Positions 24,101 through 36,700 of a stretch of DNA of 64,000 nt are shown here, piece by piece. The translations under genes were made by a program, and so were the position numbers. The stretch's first letter is position 1. Every line of letters begins with the position of its first letter. Below the pieces are notes generated by a model. It saw only the letters and a program-made list of their open reading frames with translations, did not search any database and was not told the origin of the DNA. Source of the DNA: Pecten maximus (lineage: Eukaryota); assembly GCF_902652985.1 (NCBI RefSeq), contig NC_047024.1:24118001-24182000 (forward strand), given 5' to 3'.

Positions 24101-27100
24101 TCAGTTTTCAAAAAAACAAAAACAAAAACAAAACAAAGAAAGAAAAAACTCTGTTATTTATATGACACAAAATATGAATGCTGTCCCTAGGTGATGGTGC
24201 TAGTCAAACCCACTAATTGATATAACTAGTCATTACGTGGTAGGGAACGCAATCAATCGGTCGGTTAAAGTGGGACAAAGAAAAATCGAAGACCTGATTC
24301 TTTGGAAGAAATTTCAGCTCGCCCCGCAGGAACCATCAGCATCAGAAACAAGTCAAAATGATACACCTGATGTAACAAAGCTCCCTGGTGGTTGTCAGAA
24401 TTGCAAAATGCTTACGCTAACAATCAATGCCAAATTTATGCATTTTATATACAAAATTTGCAAGATATATGTATGTATGAGAAGTTGAAGCAAATTCTAA
24501 ATAACACACAAAACTTAGTTTTGATATCCAACGGTTTACACAAAATATGGGAAAAATGAAAATAAATCCAATAATTTCAAAATTAGTTGTCAAATAACAA
24601 AGATGCCATATATATATATACTAATATAGACTTAATTAAAAACTTAATATAGACTTAAAAATGTTTAGATAGGTTTAAAATGAGCTTTGATACAAAAACG
24701 TTAAGTCCTAAACATAGGAAACTTAAATTAAAAGAAAAAAAAAATAGAATAATTCAATAATATTTTTTTGTAACTTTACTCTACTAAATGGTTATTAATT
24801 TGATTCTGGTTTGGCGTCCTCCGCCTCTCTTGTCTTGATAAATCAGTCTATTTGATTGTACCTTCAAAATAGAGCAAATTATTTTCTAAATTATTCTGTT
24901 TATCTCTCCTACCATTCCTTTTCACAATACATATTTATTTTATACAATTCAGATTATCTTTTTTATACTAAACATATTATATTTTTAAATATGTCTCAAG
25001 TACACGTATTTGCTTTTTTGCAGTTAGACGTACATGTAAAACCATTTCAGGTAAAAGTAGATTTCAATTGATTCCATGAGGAAAAGGGACATCTGAAAAG
25101 CTCTTCACACATGTCAGACAATCTAACTACTATATTCAGATACGTGCTGAATGTAAACTATATAGCATTATTAGATCTCCTATCCCTTAAAATGTATTAT
25201 TTTATACAAGATATGTTATCACGATAATATGCCGAAACACAATACAACATAAAATTATAATTTAACTCATTCCATTATAACAATTATACACAACGAGAAA
25301 AACTTCTTTTTTTCAAATATGTGTGTGTGTATTTCGGCACAAATTGCATGAAACTTGTAGAAAAAATAATCTGATACTTTCTCAATTAAGAAAAGTAAAA
25401 TAAGCGCCAATATCATCTATTGTTAAACGTACATGTAGTGAATGAGCGAATAGTGAAAATTGGAGATAATATCTCATTTACATATTTAGATTGCTCATTT
25501 AAATATGATTTAAAATTTGGGCATAGTAACATTTAAATTTTTTCTGGGGTCTGATCTAGCCCACCATCCTCCCTTTGGTGCCATTCCTATAAAGGACTAC
25601 TTACAACCGGAAACCAGGGTGAAGTCTGATTTACATATTTGTTACTGTAAATCTTAAAATAAATTATAAAACATTATTCAAAAGAACAGGTCCGAAGTTA
25701 TATATGCGCATAGAGTACAAAATTCACTATTGGAATTGTCCTCACTACATGACAGTTGGTTAAATGCAGAAATGAATCAATACTTTTAAGTAAATCGTTT
25801 CGCTTTCAAACGTTAGGTGAACGTTACTATACGTATGCTTAGGAATATTATTGAATATAATGAAACATAGCTTTCTGAACGCAGATAGACACAGAAATCT
25901 AATTTTCAAATATACAGATTTTGATATTACATATGTACCCTTTGTCTGATCTTCGATGAAATTAGTAAATTAATGTATTTTTAAATCATTAGGTTTGCAC
26001 ACCAACGCTGTCACGAATGTTTTGCCTTATATATCAAGGCTGCTAAACGGTGGGATTAACGTCTCCTAACGAGACCAAGTGTGGTTTTCCTGGCTTGCAT
26101 GAACACTGTTCAATTCCCTGGTAGTAAAGCTTCTGAACTCTGACCCCTATTTGAGAGAGTGTCCTGGGCTCGGCTATAACCGGAACAATTTTATATATAA
26201 ATGAATTTTACCTACACATACCGTCATGAAAACATCGCCCATTGTCGCAATGATCATCCCAAAGGGTCGTGTTACGGTAAGGCGACTTAAATACAAGGTT
26301 GATCTCAGGTTTTTGGTCTTGATTTCTTTCTTTTACAGCCCTTCCCACAGGAAAGGTATTGTTTTGCCCAATGGACTATGGTTATGTACGTATGGTTATT
26401 GAACACATATTAGGACATTATGTAAACGTGTTCCAAGTGTGCAAAATAAGGTAAAGTCAACACAAAATATCATTCTAAATGCTGTACAAGGCTCGTCGTT
26501 TCAAGAAAACAGGACAACGTAACTATTCGGACATCGTTAAATGACGGACTTAAATTGTCCAAACACTTAACTGTACATCATAATACGGTACTCATGCACC
26601 CCTTATTTCATTTCTCTGCATACACATACAAAATAACTTGGCTACGCGCATGACGTTTACAGTAATTGACGTCATATGCCGTGCAACATAAAAACAGAAA
26701 TAAGCATAAACTAAATAGCATTCTCGTTGTATATTTGTGAATAAATGTTTCATATCACTACTTACTGGCAATCTTGATAATTATCTCAATATTATATTGA
26801 ACAGAAAATAAATTGTGAAATAAGATATTGTCATATTTTTATTTCGAACTTGTGTGTCTCATATCTTCGTATGTAGACATATATTACTCTTATCCAATGT
26901 GAGTTTTCTGTGATGTTAACCTACTGTTGTTTGAAGATGCAGTGCGCCGCAGTGAGTACGGTGTCTTCATTGAGCAGTGTTCCTCCACACATAAATCTAC
27001 CCCTGTACCTGATGGACACTTGCCATGGCCATGCGTTGTCTGTGGCGTTTGTACCTCCAATAATGGCTGCTATATTACCGTTACCATCTTCGGCATCCTC

Positions 27101-27494
27101 CCGTAAATCTTAATCAAGGAAAGAAGAAAATTATGTTTCTATTTCAGTGGTTGTAATTTAAAACTATTTTGTTGTCGAATTCATTTGGTACTAATTTAAC
27201 ATTCAAAGATGCTACTGGCTCGTGTGTCTTTTGTATGATCAAATATGAGTCAATACAAAATGCATATGGTATATACATGCTGTTGATGTATATTGGTATC
27301 AACAAGTTTGCTATGTATAAGGTTTATGCAATTTATGAAATATGAAAATGGGAATATGAAATTTTGTTTGGAAAAAAAAGAGTAAAAAATAACATAAAAT
27401 TTTATCCACATATTTACTTACTTCTTTGACCGGTTCCTGTGCTCACAGCTATGCCAATGATAACAATGGATATTACGAACCACCAGCCGGTCAT
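18141..27494 (-). CDS. Secreted S1A (chymotrypsin-fold) serine protease, 270 aa; complement(join(27422..27494,26925..27108,20080..20176,19370..19538,18628..18764,18141..18293))
   Basis: Signal peptide [19 protein letters not shown], then IIGG, WPWQVS, CGGTL, LTAAHC (His57), NDVAILKL (Asp102), CYITGWG, GDSGGPL (Ser195), GITSWG and PSVYSRI. Splice phases 1,2,0,1,0 all give an open frame. Confidence 0.93.
19041..19245. repeat. 25-bp minisatellite, about 8 copies (AAGGGAACACGAGCAATGCGAGTCA)
   Basis: Direct tandem repeat in protease intron 4. Confidence 0.9.
19558..19785 (-). mobile_element. tRNA-derived V-domain-like SINE, second copy
   Basis: Aligns to 5606-5844 (TTGTTGGCCCGGATGG, CCCCATACCTTTTCACG, GGGAATCGAACC). 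Confidence 0.75.
20326..22545. repeat. Segmental tandem duplication, copy A (partner of about 23490-27005)
   Basis: 20461 aligns with 23531, 20993 with 25597, 21772 with 26190 and 22466-22545 with 26925-27004, with scattered substitutions and indels. Confidence 0.92.
22466..22545 (-). pseudogene. Truncated duplicate of protease exon 2 ([26 protein letters not shown])
   Basis: Near-identical to 26925-27004 with the donor intact; the 5' part is replaced by the minisatellite array. Confidence 0.8.
22546..23534. repeat. Compound minisatellite of 46-bp and 29-bp units
   Basis: CATCATAACAACCTGTCTGGTGTCTAGATTTCTAAACCAACAGACA and the truncated CATCATAACAACCTGTCTGGTGTCTAGAG. Three degenerate copies also occur at 20326-20463. 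Confidence 0.96.
24057..25596. mobile_element. About 1.5-kb segment present only in duplication copy B, probably a DNA-transposon relic
   Basis: Absent from copy A at about 20993; begins CAGGCGCGTAGCTGCC, which looks like a TIR; no matching right end seen. Confidence 0.45.
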
Positions 27495-28699
27495 TTCGTC
27501 TCCTGGTGGTCAGTGTCAAGTGGGAACGGACATTGGTTTCACAGTATACAATAGTCACCACCCGTACGATGATGACGTCAGAAAATTAGAGTTGTTGAGT
27601 GCTATCTAGGCCCAGGGCAGATCGCAGAAATATGGCTAATGACACTTAATGTGTTATAAATATTCATCCTTTATTCAAGTTCCGAGAATACAACGAGGGT
27701 ATGTAAATGGGGAATTGAAACAACACTCTAAAAATATACCACACTGATTTGTTTCATTATGTTATTGACTTTGATGATATCGTTATGAAATCGTTTTTAA
27801 TTGTTTTCTTTTGTGTATGCTTTATGTATATGAAAGATGTTAATATTCGCTGGAATATTCATAGATGCAGTATATGCCGGGTAATGAAAATGCGACGTAC
27901 TTAATGCTTCTTCCTTTTAAGACTCGTAAGTAATGTAAATGATCAAAGTGTTGAAATTATGAAAGGAATAAGAATCCTTTGGTTGATATAACAGAAAATC
28001 AAAACTGTTGATATTAATCACCAATAGATAGAAAATCAATAAAACATGTGATACTTGGTTTTGACTATTAGTTTGTGGGAGAGGGATTGGGCTACAGTGT
28101 CCAAGTAATGAAATTTCAGTGATAGGATATTGTATTGCCTATGTACATTGGAGTAAATTACCCAAGATGATGTTAAATGCCAATCAAATCTTAAAGGTAC
28201 ACACTTTTCTGTGAACAAAACATTTATATTCTTAATCCAGTTTTTTTTTTTTTTTTTGCATGTTTTCAGTCCAGTCTAGAACGCATGATGTTACAAAGTG
28301 ATTGCAAAATGTAAACGCTCAGATTTAAGGATCTTTCATCAAATTAAAATCTAAGATTGCGCCTCAATGCTGAGATAGTGTAGCGATATTTCGCGGGTGT
28401 AGTTTTTGTATTTTGCCATTACTGGTAACATAACCTTCCATAAAGGACCAGATTTTTGGATACCCCGCGTGTGACGTAACGTCTTCTTCTACAGAAGTGT
28501 GAATACAATTATGGATTACACAAAATTCACTAAAATTATATGACACTTAATGCGAATTATAGCATTGCTTATTCTAGGGTTAAATATTCAACTTGGTTGA
28601 CATTGTTAATTTCATTCGGACCTCAATGCTAGCTAGCTAGGCTTTAGCATACAAGGTCAAATACCGTAGCCACCAATGCCATTTCAATGCTATCCGGTA

Positions 28700-29595
28700 C
28701 CTGAGATTAACATAATACTATCAAGAAAAAGAGAGAGAACTGCTTCCTGGTAGGTATAGAAAAGTATCATAATTCATAATGATATCAACCAGTTGTTTTA
28801 TTTATTTTCTAGGTTATTGGTTGCCGCGATTGTATTGTATCCTCGAAAATAGCCAAAAACAATATTCTCACAATTTGATAATTCAGTATGTGGAATTCCT
28901 AACGAGTTCTGTATATTTTAGCAATAAGGGTTTCTGATTCTTAAAGATAGCTGTGAGCAAGGGAACATTTTTCTCAACTCAGTGTTAATTTACATTTCAA
29001 GGTAAAAGTCCTTTATCACGCACGGTAGTTCCCTATTTTGGATTTATGAACACAACACTCATCTATCTGCCTGAATATGTTATATAAAACATGTTAATAC
29101 TAATTCTAGGGACCAAGAAATTACATGATTTTATAAAATAGAACCTTACTTTCGAAGTTGGAAGACAACAGCAAGTAAGTGTTTCTGGATGATGTCAGTT
29201 CCTCACTGTACAGAAGCAAGCACTGAGAGCAGTATCTGAATTTTACTTACTGAACAAAACATCTCAGTTGAGAATCCCTTCCACATTGCCGGGAATCTAC
29301 TGACTAAAATTCGGACAAGGAATTGAGACATCTATGAGCAATATTTCATGACCAACTACAAGCTACAAGCGAAAAATGGCAAGAACGACCAAAATGTCAC
29401 TGAAATATCTAGCTCTAGTCCAGCGCTTCTGTAATAGCATATCAGTGAAATAACATTGCTTATAACTACGTTAGTATATACACTCTTGTATTTTCACGTT
29501 ATTACCCTGTAAGCCATGAACATTGTTCTGTCATATTGACCTCTTGTTACACACTTTGTGTGCCCCGAGTGAATAAAAAATCTTGAAATCTTGAG
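28700..29595 (+). mobile_element. Highly degraded 3' end of a LINE (CR1/L2-like)
   Basis: Broken reading frames with MWNS and LKFG-like remnants, ending in AATAAAAAATCTTGAAATCTTGA, a repeat-type 3' tail. The family call is tentative. Confidence 0.35.
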
Positions 29596-29797
29596 TATAT
29601 TAGTTATTAGTTCTCGTTGAACTTCAACAAAATTAACATCAGCAGGCATGTCAGGAGAAGAAACATGCGAGTTGGAGTTGGGGGTGGTGAGTGTACAGGA
29701 TCGAAAATTGTCAAAATTTATACATGGGAGACAGGAAGACCAACCAAGAATATCAGGTTAAAGGGACATAGTAATATCACTTCTTGTAGGACAAAAC

Positions 29798-29828
<31 letters not shown>

Positions 29829-30648
29829 CAAAAAACTAAACAAAAACAAAAAACGCGAGGTCAACGAAATCCAGTGCCAAGCGTTCAGTCTTTAGCATAG
29901 CTAGATCGAGATTGTGAGATCTTGGCCGTCTACAAGATAATTCTAGTATGTGAGCTTGACCATGGCTGGTCACTTGACAAGTGCCATTGAACTCATGATT
30001 ACTTCAGGGAGGTATCGAACAAGTTTTCTGTCTTAGTCTCTTTGACCATGACGGATATTCTTACTTTCCAAAGGGTGATGACCAGCCATTATATCGCTTC
30101 TGATAACCCACTGACAGTGTATCCGTGGCAGTTTTATATCATGCTCATAGCATGTAAGAGATTTATTTCATATAGTTCCATTTGCTAATATCTTGAAAAT
30201 GACACCATTGTATTTAGATAATTAACACACTGTCAATGGGAAGCCTACATGTGTATCTCATGTCTGTAGTAGAAATATGTCGAGGGAGTGAAAGAATCTC
30301 CTCCTGCGAGACGGCAATAAATGGCATGCAATGGTCGTTTAAATATGGAATAAAAAGATTTTCATATAAAATATCAATATGTTTTTTAATGACCCACGCC
30401 TTCCAATCTTTTATTTTCGAGGTCGGCTTACTTTCAAGTGTTTCTAGCTGCAAGCCGAATGCGGTGTAGGCCTATCTCAAGGAAAATACTCTACTAGCTG
30501 AAGGTCATCGCATCAAATAATGTAATATATTTATAAATATGCATTGTTGAAAGTGAATTAAAAAAAAATAGATACAAATTTTCGAAAAAAAAACCTTCAA
30601 ATGCCAAATTTCAATACATAACTGACGTGTGATCACAGTCTTGGTAAA

Positions 30649-30650
<2 letters not shown>

Positions 30651-30722
<72 letters not shown>
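30651..30722. repeat. (TCAA)n microsatellite
   Basis: About 18 tandem copies. Confidence 0.95.
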
Positions 30723-31534
30723 CTATATTGGCTTAACAGCATGTAGAAAGATTTTACTACCCTTGTGATATACAGGTATTGTACTCTCATCTTTTTTGTT
30801 AATACAGGAATATTATTTAATCTCCTTTTGTAATAATAAAAACAAAAACCAGTCAGTCGTTATGATTGTTGATGTATGATTCTGTTTCTGTGTCCATCAA
30901 CGTCGGTAAGGATGGGAACACTCTATATCAGCCATTTAAAAAAAAAACCTGTTCTGTCACGTGACCATGTGATCGGATATATAAGAGTGTTAGAGAAAGT
31001 CAGGAAAGGCTGTAAATTGCTTGGCATCCAATAATCTTTGAACATATACTGGCCCATCGACCTTGACTCTTCTTAAACGACTTGTCTGACATTTCTTACT
31101 TTCAACACGCTTCACATCTTTGTATATTTAATATATTTTCAATCATTTCTGCTGTCGTACTTATTTTCACTGCAGCGATAAGCAGTGAAATATAAGATTT
31201 TGCAGTGAAAATATAAGTTTTTCTTTTCGTTTTTGACCAATCAGAGCGAATCTTTGTATTCACCTCATTGAAACTTGCCGTTCTTTCCAACCGAAGCGAA
31301 GATATATATATATATGGGCTATTTAACTGTATTTCTGAAATATTCAGACTAGTTTTTGACGTTAGCTATTCACGCACAGATTCTCCGATAACAGCAGAAA
31401 ACGCTTAAATTGCGTTGATCAGTCCTTTCAAAATGGCGCCCTCAAGTTGACGTGGAGTAATGTCACAAAGAGATGTCGTCATCAATTATGTTACTATTAA
31501 TTTTTCGATGTTTTTAGTTCTGTTTTTAGATACA

Positions 31535-31688
31535 TGTATATAAAATGCAATAAAAAGAAAATTGAATGGTTTCCCGTTTAATATAAAATATATTTCACTC
31601 GTATGACAGAATATCGATATTCTGTCATAAAGTACTCGTGAAATATATGTTATTTTAAACGGGGAACCATTCAATATCCTTTATATAC
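31535..31688. repeat. Nested inverted repeat (hairpin), probably the end of a non-autonomous DNA element
   Basis: ATTGAATGGTTTCCCGTTTAA pairs with TTAAACGGGGAACCATTCAAT; the inner 26 bp at 31603-31628 are a perfect palindrome. Confidence 0.7.
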
Positions 31689-33317
31689 AGTGTAACGTCA
31701 GGAAACGTGATGATGGGGAGATGTTGGTTGCATACTGTGAGTGTACATATTTTCTCGGCAATTTCATTTTAGAGCTTTTCCCGTTGAACATCCTACGCTA
31801 AATCATGGTTTCGCTAATTGCTTTGTACTGTGAGTGCACGAATTCGTCATTTCGCTAATTTGTTTAAATGAGGTGACTCTACTAATTTTGAGGGCGACAA
31901 AATATTTATAGACCAATAAAATGCTATTGTCCTTTCTTTGTTATCTTATTTGTCAACGGTTAAGGTTAAAAATACTAGTTTTTACATTTTTCATCAGGCA
32001 TATAAATTATTTCCGTTTTATAAATTTGCAATTGCAGTCACGATGTGCGCAATGCTATATCGTCAATGTAACTCGTATGCCACATATCGATTGAATGTAT
32101 TTTTAATTAACATAAAGATAAAAGGAAATGTCTTTTTTATTTTCATTATCATTTATCTGGTTAACAATAAGTTTACGTGTTAATGACTTGATATTGAAAT
32201 AGTATAATCATATATTATTATTAATACACATATTTGTATGAAACAGCAGTGATATTTATTATTAATTAATCTTATTATAGATTATATTACGAAATAAAAT
32301 GAACTTTACAGGAAATTCACACATTCTAAACATATCAAGTGTTGGTTTTTACTGTTAGAAATATGATGATACATGTATAATAATATGATTATATATTTGC
32401 AACTTAAATTTTAGGAGTTTATGTTTCGAGAGTGTTCTATCAGGTAAGTTACGAATGTTATTTTGTATATAGATATAAGTGAAAATCAATATTTCCAATG
32501 CACTACATGTTTTATTTCCAATCTTGAACAATGCATTAGATTAGAATCCTTTGGTCGTCATCGGAACAGTAACGTTGACATGGAGAACTGAAATGTATTA
32601 AGAAGTATGAATATAATTAAATTGAATCATACATTAAGGACAGTTATTTTATTAGAAATACAGTTACTGTAAATGGCAGTGTTTTTCATAATGATCCAAA
32701 TATTTTATTAGGACTAAATGTTTATGAAAAATATCTGACAATATATGTCATCTCGGTATACTATATACATCAATTGTCTTTTTAAATACTTATACGTAAT
32801 ATGAACATCCCTACACATGATACTAATGGTCAAATTACGATTAACTGGACCATATTCCATATGAAATATTACAGCAAATATAACATTCAGCATTCATCAA
32901 ATATTAAACATCACATTCACCAAATATAAAACGCCACATTCAACAATAAAACAAAAACTTGTATAACCATCGAAACGGATAGCTGCTATATATTTTCATT
33001 TGATGCTGCAACGAAATCAAGATTCTTGCTTCTTTGGAGTAGCTCCTTGCATCCTAACATTTACTTAAACCTCCCATGATCTTGTATGGCGTTTTCCCTA
33101 TCACCAAGGCGTATTTCTAAACGTTTACAGTAATACCTCTTTTGTTTTTAATTCATCGCTATGACTAACCCTTTTTGCACTATTAATGAAAATTCAACAT
33201 ATATATATAGCATGTTGCTATTTCAAATAGAGTTTTCCTGATCTCTCAGTCGTTCCATTTTTACCTCCTTCGTAATATCTGGTATTAAATAAAGATCTAC
33301 CCTGCCTATGTCCTCAA

Positions 33318-33600
33318 TATTCACCATTCCACAACCTTCACCATTCCCCAGCCTTCACCATTCCACAACCTTCACAATTCCACAACATTCAGCATTCCAC
33401 AACACTGGCCATTCAACATTTACCATTCTCAACATTCACCAATCCGCACAATTCACCCTTCCCCAACATTCATCATTCCACAACATTCACCATTTACTTT
33501 TCCTCAACGTTCACCAATCTGCAACATTCACCAATCCACAACATTAACCATTCCACAACATTCACCATATCACAGCACTCACCAGTCATCAACATTCGTC
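33318..33600. repeat. Degenerate low-complexity repeat (about CCATTCCACAACATTCA)
   Basis: Repeated C/A/T-rich units of about 17-18 bp. Confidence 0.75.
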
Positions 33601-33758
33601 ATGGTATCAAACTTTCATACTCTTTCAAGACCCTTCATATGAAATCATAGTTAGTAAGACATTTTCTATTCATAAACTTTTATTATATTATCTAACTTTC
33701 CCGGAACATTTTTTTTCAATGATTTTGATTCTCTCTTAATTAATTTTACCTTGCTGTC

Positions 33759-36700
33759 CTACAGCGTTGCGTATCTTCTGCATGAATGACAGCAGACATT
33801 TCCATAATGGATAGTTGCACACATAGCTTTTCTACTCCCCTTGAACATCGAGTAGACGATTTGGTTGCACTTGCCTGGGGATAAGCTGTCCCCTTCGCAG
33901 GGTTCTGATTCCTCATCCTCTGGATATTCGCCTTTACCCTGGAACGCTGGTAATGTAAACAAAACGTTATTGTTTAATACATTTCATCCATCGGTCTATT
34001 TTGTTTATGTTTTTTATTTACATCATTCATCCCCATTCACTCATTTTCGCATTTAAACACACAGGAAAATATTAATCCGCGGCCAAATCACGCATTAAAG
34101 GATATACAACTTTAAATGTCTTATTTTAAGAAAAAAAAAAAAACAGCTTCATGATGTTAATGGCTAAATACCAAGAATAATGCATTATGTTTAAATTAAC
34201 TTTAAATGTCTTATTTGAAGAAGAAGAAGAAGAAGAAGAAGAAGAAGAAGAAAACCTCAACAGCTTCATGGTGTGAATGGCTAATACCAAGAATAATGCA
34301 TTATGTTTATATGAACCTAATAATTCACAGACAATTTGTATTAAATGAATATCATTTTCCCCCTCTCCATTTAGTTATGTGCGCACACCAAAAAACTAAC
34401 ATTTCAACAGACAGATTGTAAATGATTTCATAAATAGGAATGCTTAGTCAGAAAAATTTGACAAGCATATCAAGTGAGCAATATTCACCTAGTTCCCTTA
34501 GTTTCCTGTTGTCGGCTCCTTCAGCTAAAGCAGTAGAGCAAAAACGGCAACAAGACACCACGTTGTGGGGATTCGAACAGAAAATATGGGGCATTCCTCC
34601 GTGGTCGTAGTATTTATTCATCATCATTTTGCGGCAATTTTCTTCTCCGATACTATCCCTACACTTTTCGTCGCTGTCGACATCGCGTCTCTTACGAAGA
34701 GGAGAATTGTCCATTTTGATGGTGTCTCTTACACCATTTGATGTCAGTTTCCTTCGAAGATAATCTTTCTTACTGCCCTTATATCCAGAACCCTTGTTAC
34801 CATTGTTTATGAACTTATCATAGTAATCATCATCGTTAAAACCATTGAAGTTACCTATGCCAAGTCCATCAAGCACCTTCTTTATATAATCATCACTTTT
34901 CCTGTCTTTGCCACCATAGCGAAATCCATCGAGCAACTTCTTTATATCAATGTCGCCATAATCGCCTTTGCCATTTTTGTTGCCATAATCGCCTTTGCCA
35001 TTTTTGTTGCCATAATCGCCTTTGCCGTTTTTGTTGCCATAATCGCCTTTGCCGTTTTTGTTGCCATAATCGCCTTTGCCGTTTTTGTTGCCATAATCGC
35101 CTTTGCCGTTTTTGTTGCCATAATCGCCTTTGCCGTTTTTGTTGCCATAATCGCCTTTGCCGTTTTTGTTGCCATAATCGCCTTTACCGTCTTTGCCACC
35201 GTAGCCATATCCACCGAACATATCCTTTATATAACCATAGACTTTGTCCCCATAGCCACCGTAGCCAAGCATATCCTTTTTGATATCATAATCGTATTTG
35301 TCATCCTTGTCACCATAATCGCCTTTGCCGTCTTTGCCACCATAGCCAAATCCATTGAGCATATCCTTTACATAATCATCGACTTTACCATCATAGCCAC
35401 CGTAGCCAAGCATATCCTTTCTTGTATCGTAATCGCCTTTGCCGTCTTTGTCAGCATAGTCAAAGCTATCGAACATATCCTTCATGTAATCATCAACTTT
35501 ATCATCATAACCGTCATAGCCAAATCCGCCGAGCATATCTTTTTTGCCGTCATCATATTTACCGTTTTTGCCATTACCTGGAAGGATAAACAAATTGAAA
35601 TCAGTCATCCGAGATATATTGGTTGAGATCGTGTTTTGGATGTACGTATGTATTATGATTGGGAGATATTTGGTGAACACTAGCGATTACTAATAAAATT
35701 CAGGTTAGCGGATCATCTTTTTCGGGTATAAATTGTAGATGATTAAGCTTTATTATGATCTTATGATTACAAAATCAATGAAGTAGTCTAGTTTAATCCA
35801 CAATAAAATGACCAAACCAATGTTGTTAAGGTAATAGAAATAGATTAGCTATTGGATGTCTGTGGTGTGTTATAATCATGTCATGAACGGTATACAACTG
35901 TCATATGTATTATTTTTTCCAAGGCAACAAAAGCTTATATGTAAAATCTCTCATAAAGTTACCAAAGCTTCAAGACCCCACCTTGATATGAATTATTTTG
36001 AAATATTTCATACATTGGTGCATAAAACATTGAACGGCATGAACTATATTAGACAACACCAGTATTATGGATATTATGCTTTCAATAAAAAAGGCCATCA
36101 TATGTGTCATGTTGTAATGTAATCGCTGTGATAGACATACTCACCGCCGTACCCGCCGTACCCGCCATAACCACCGAAGATATTTTCGATTGCCTTATAA
36201 GGGTGTTTCACTAAATGAGACAACGTAAAAAGACGGAAAAGCATCAATAAGTATAACATTACTCTTGAGATTAGTTCATGAATTCATTTTATACATTTTT
36301 TAAATAATAAAATGATTAGATTATAATAATGATAATAATACAAATTACCACATGGCTTGATGCGTTTCATTTGATTAAGTAGTTACGCCGCGTAACAAAT
36401 TCCCAAATGAACCATTCTAAAAAGAGGTAAACCGTTTGGTAAAGATTTCTTTTCATTTATTGTTCCATAGCTCCAAATGTAAATTATCAATAAGCTTGGT
36501 TCCTAAAATGTAATCAATCTACACAGATGCATCATCGGGATATTAAGTGATAATTGTCTGATTCTGTTAATGAAGGTATTGCCTCAATATCATATTTGCA
36601 CTGAGGAAGGGCATACAGAAAAAAAGGAAATTGTCAATGCTTGCAGAGAAATAGTAATTCAGAATATTTTAATTTGATACTTACTCCATTCGTCAATCAA

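Noticed and set aside
34942-35214. Alternative-frame ORF (AKAIMATKT)n
   Set aside because: Shadow frame of the 27-bp coding repeat.
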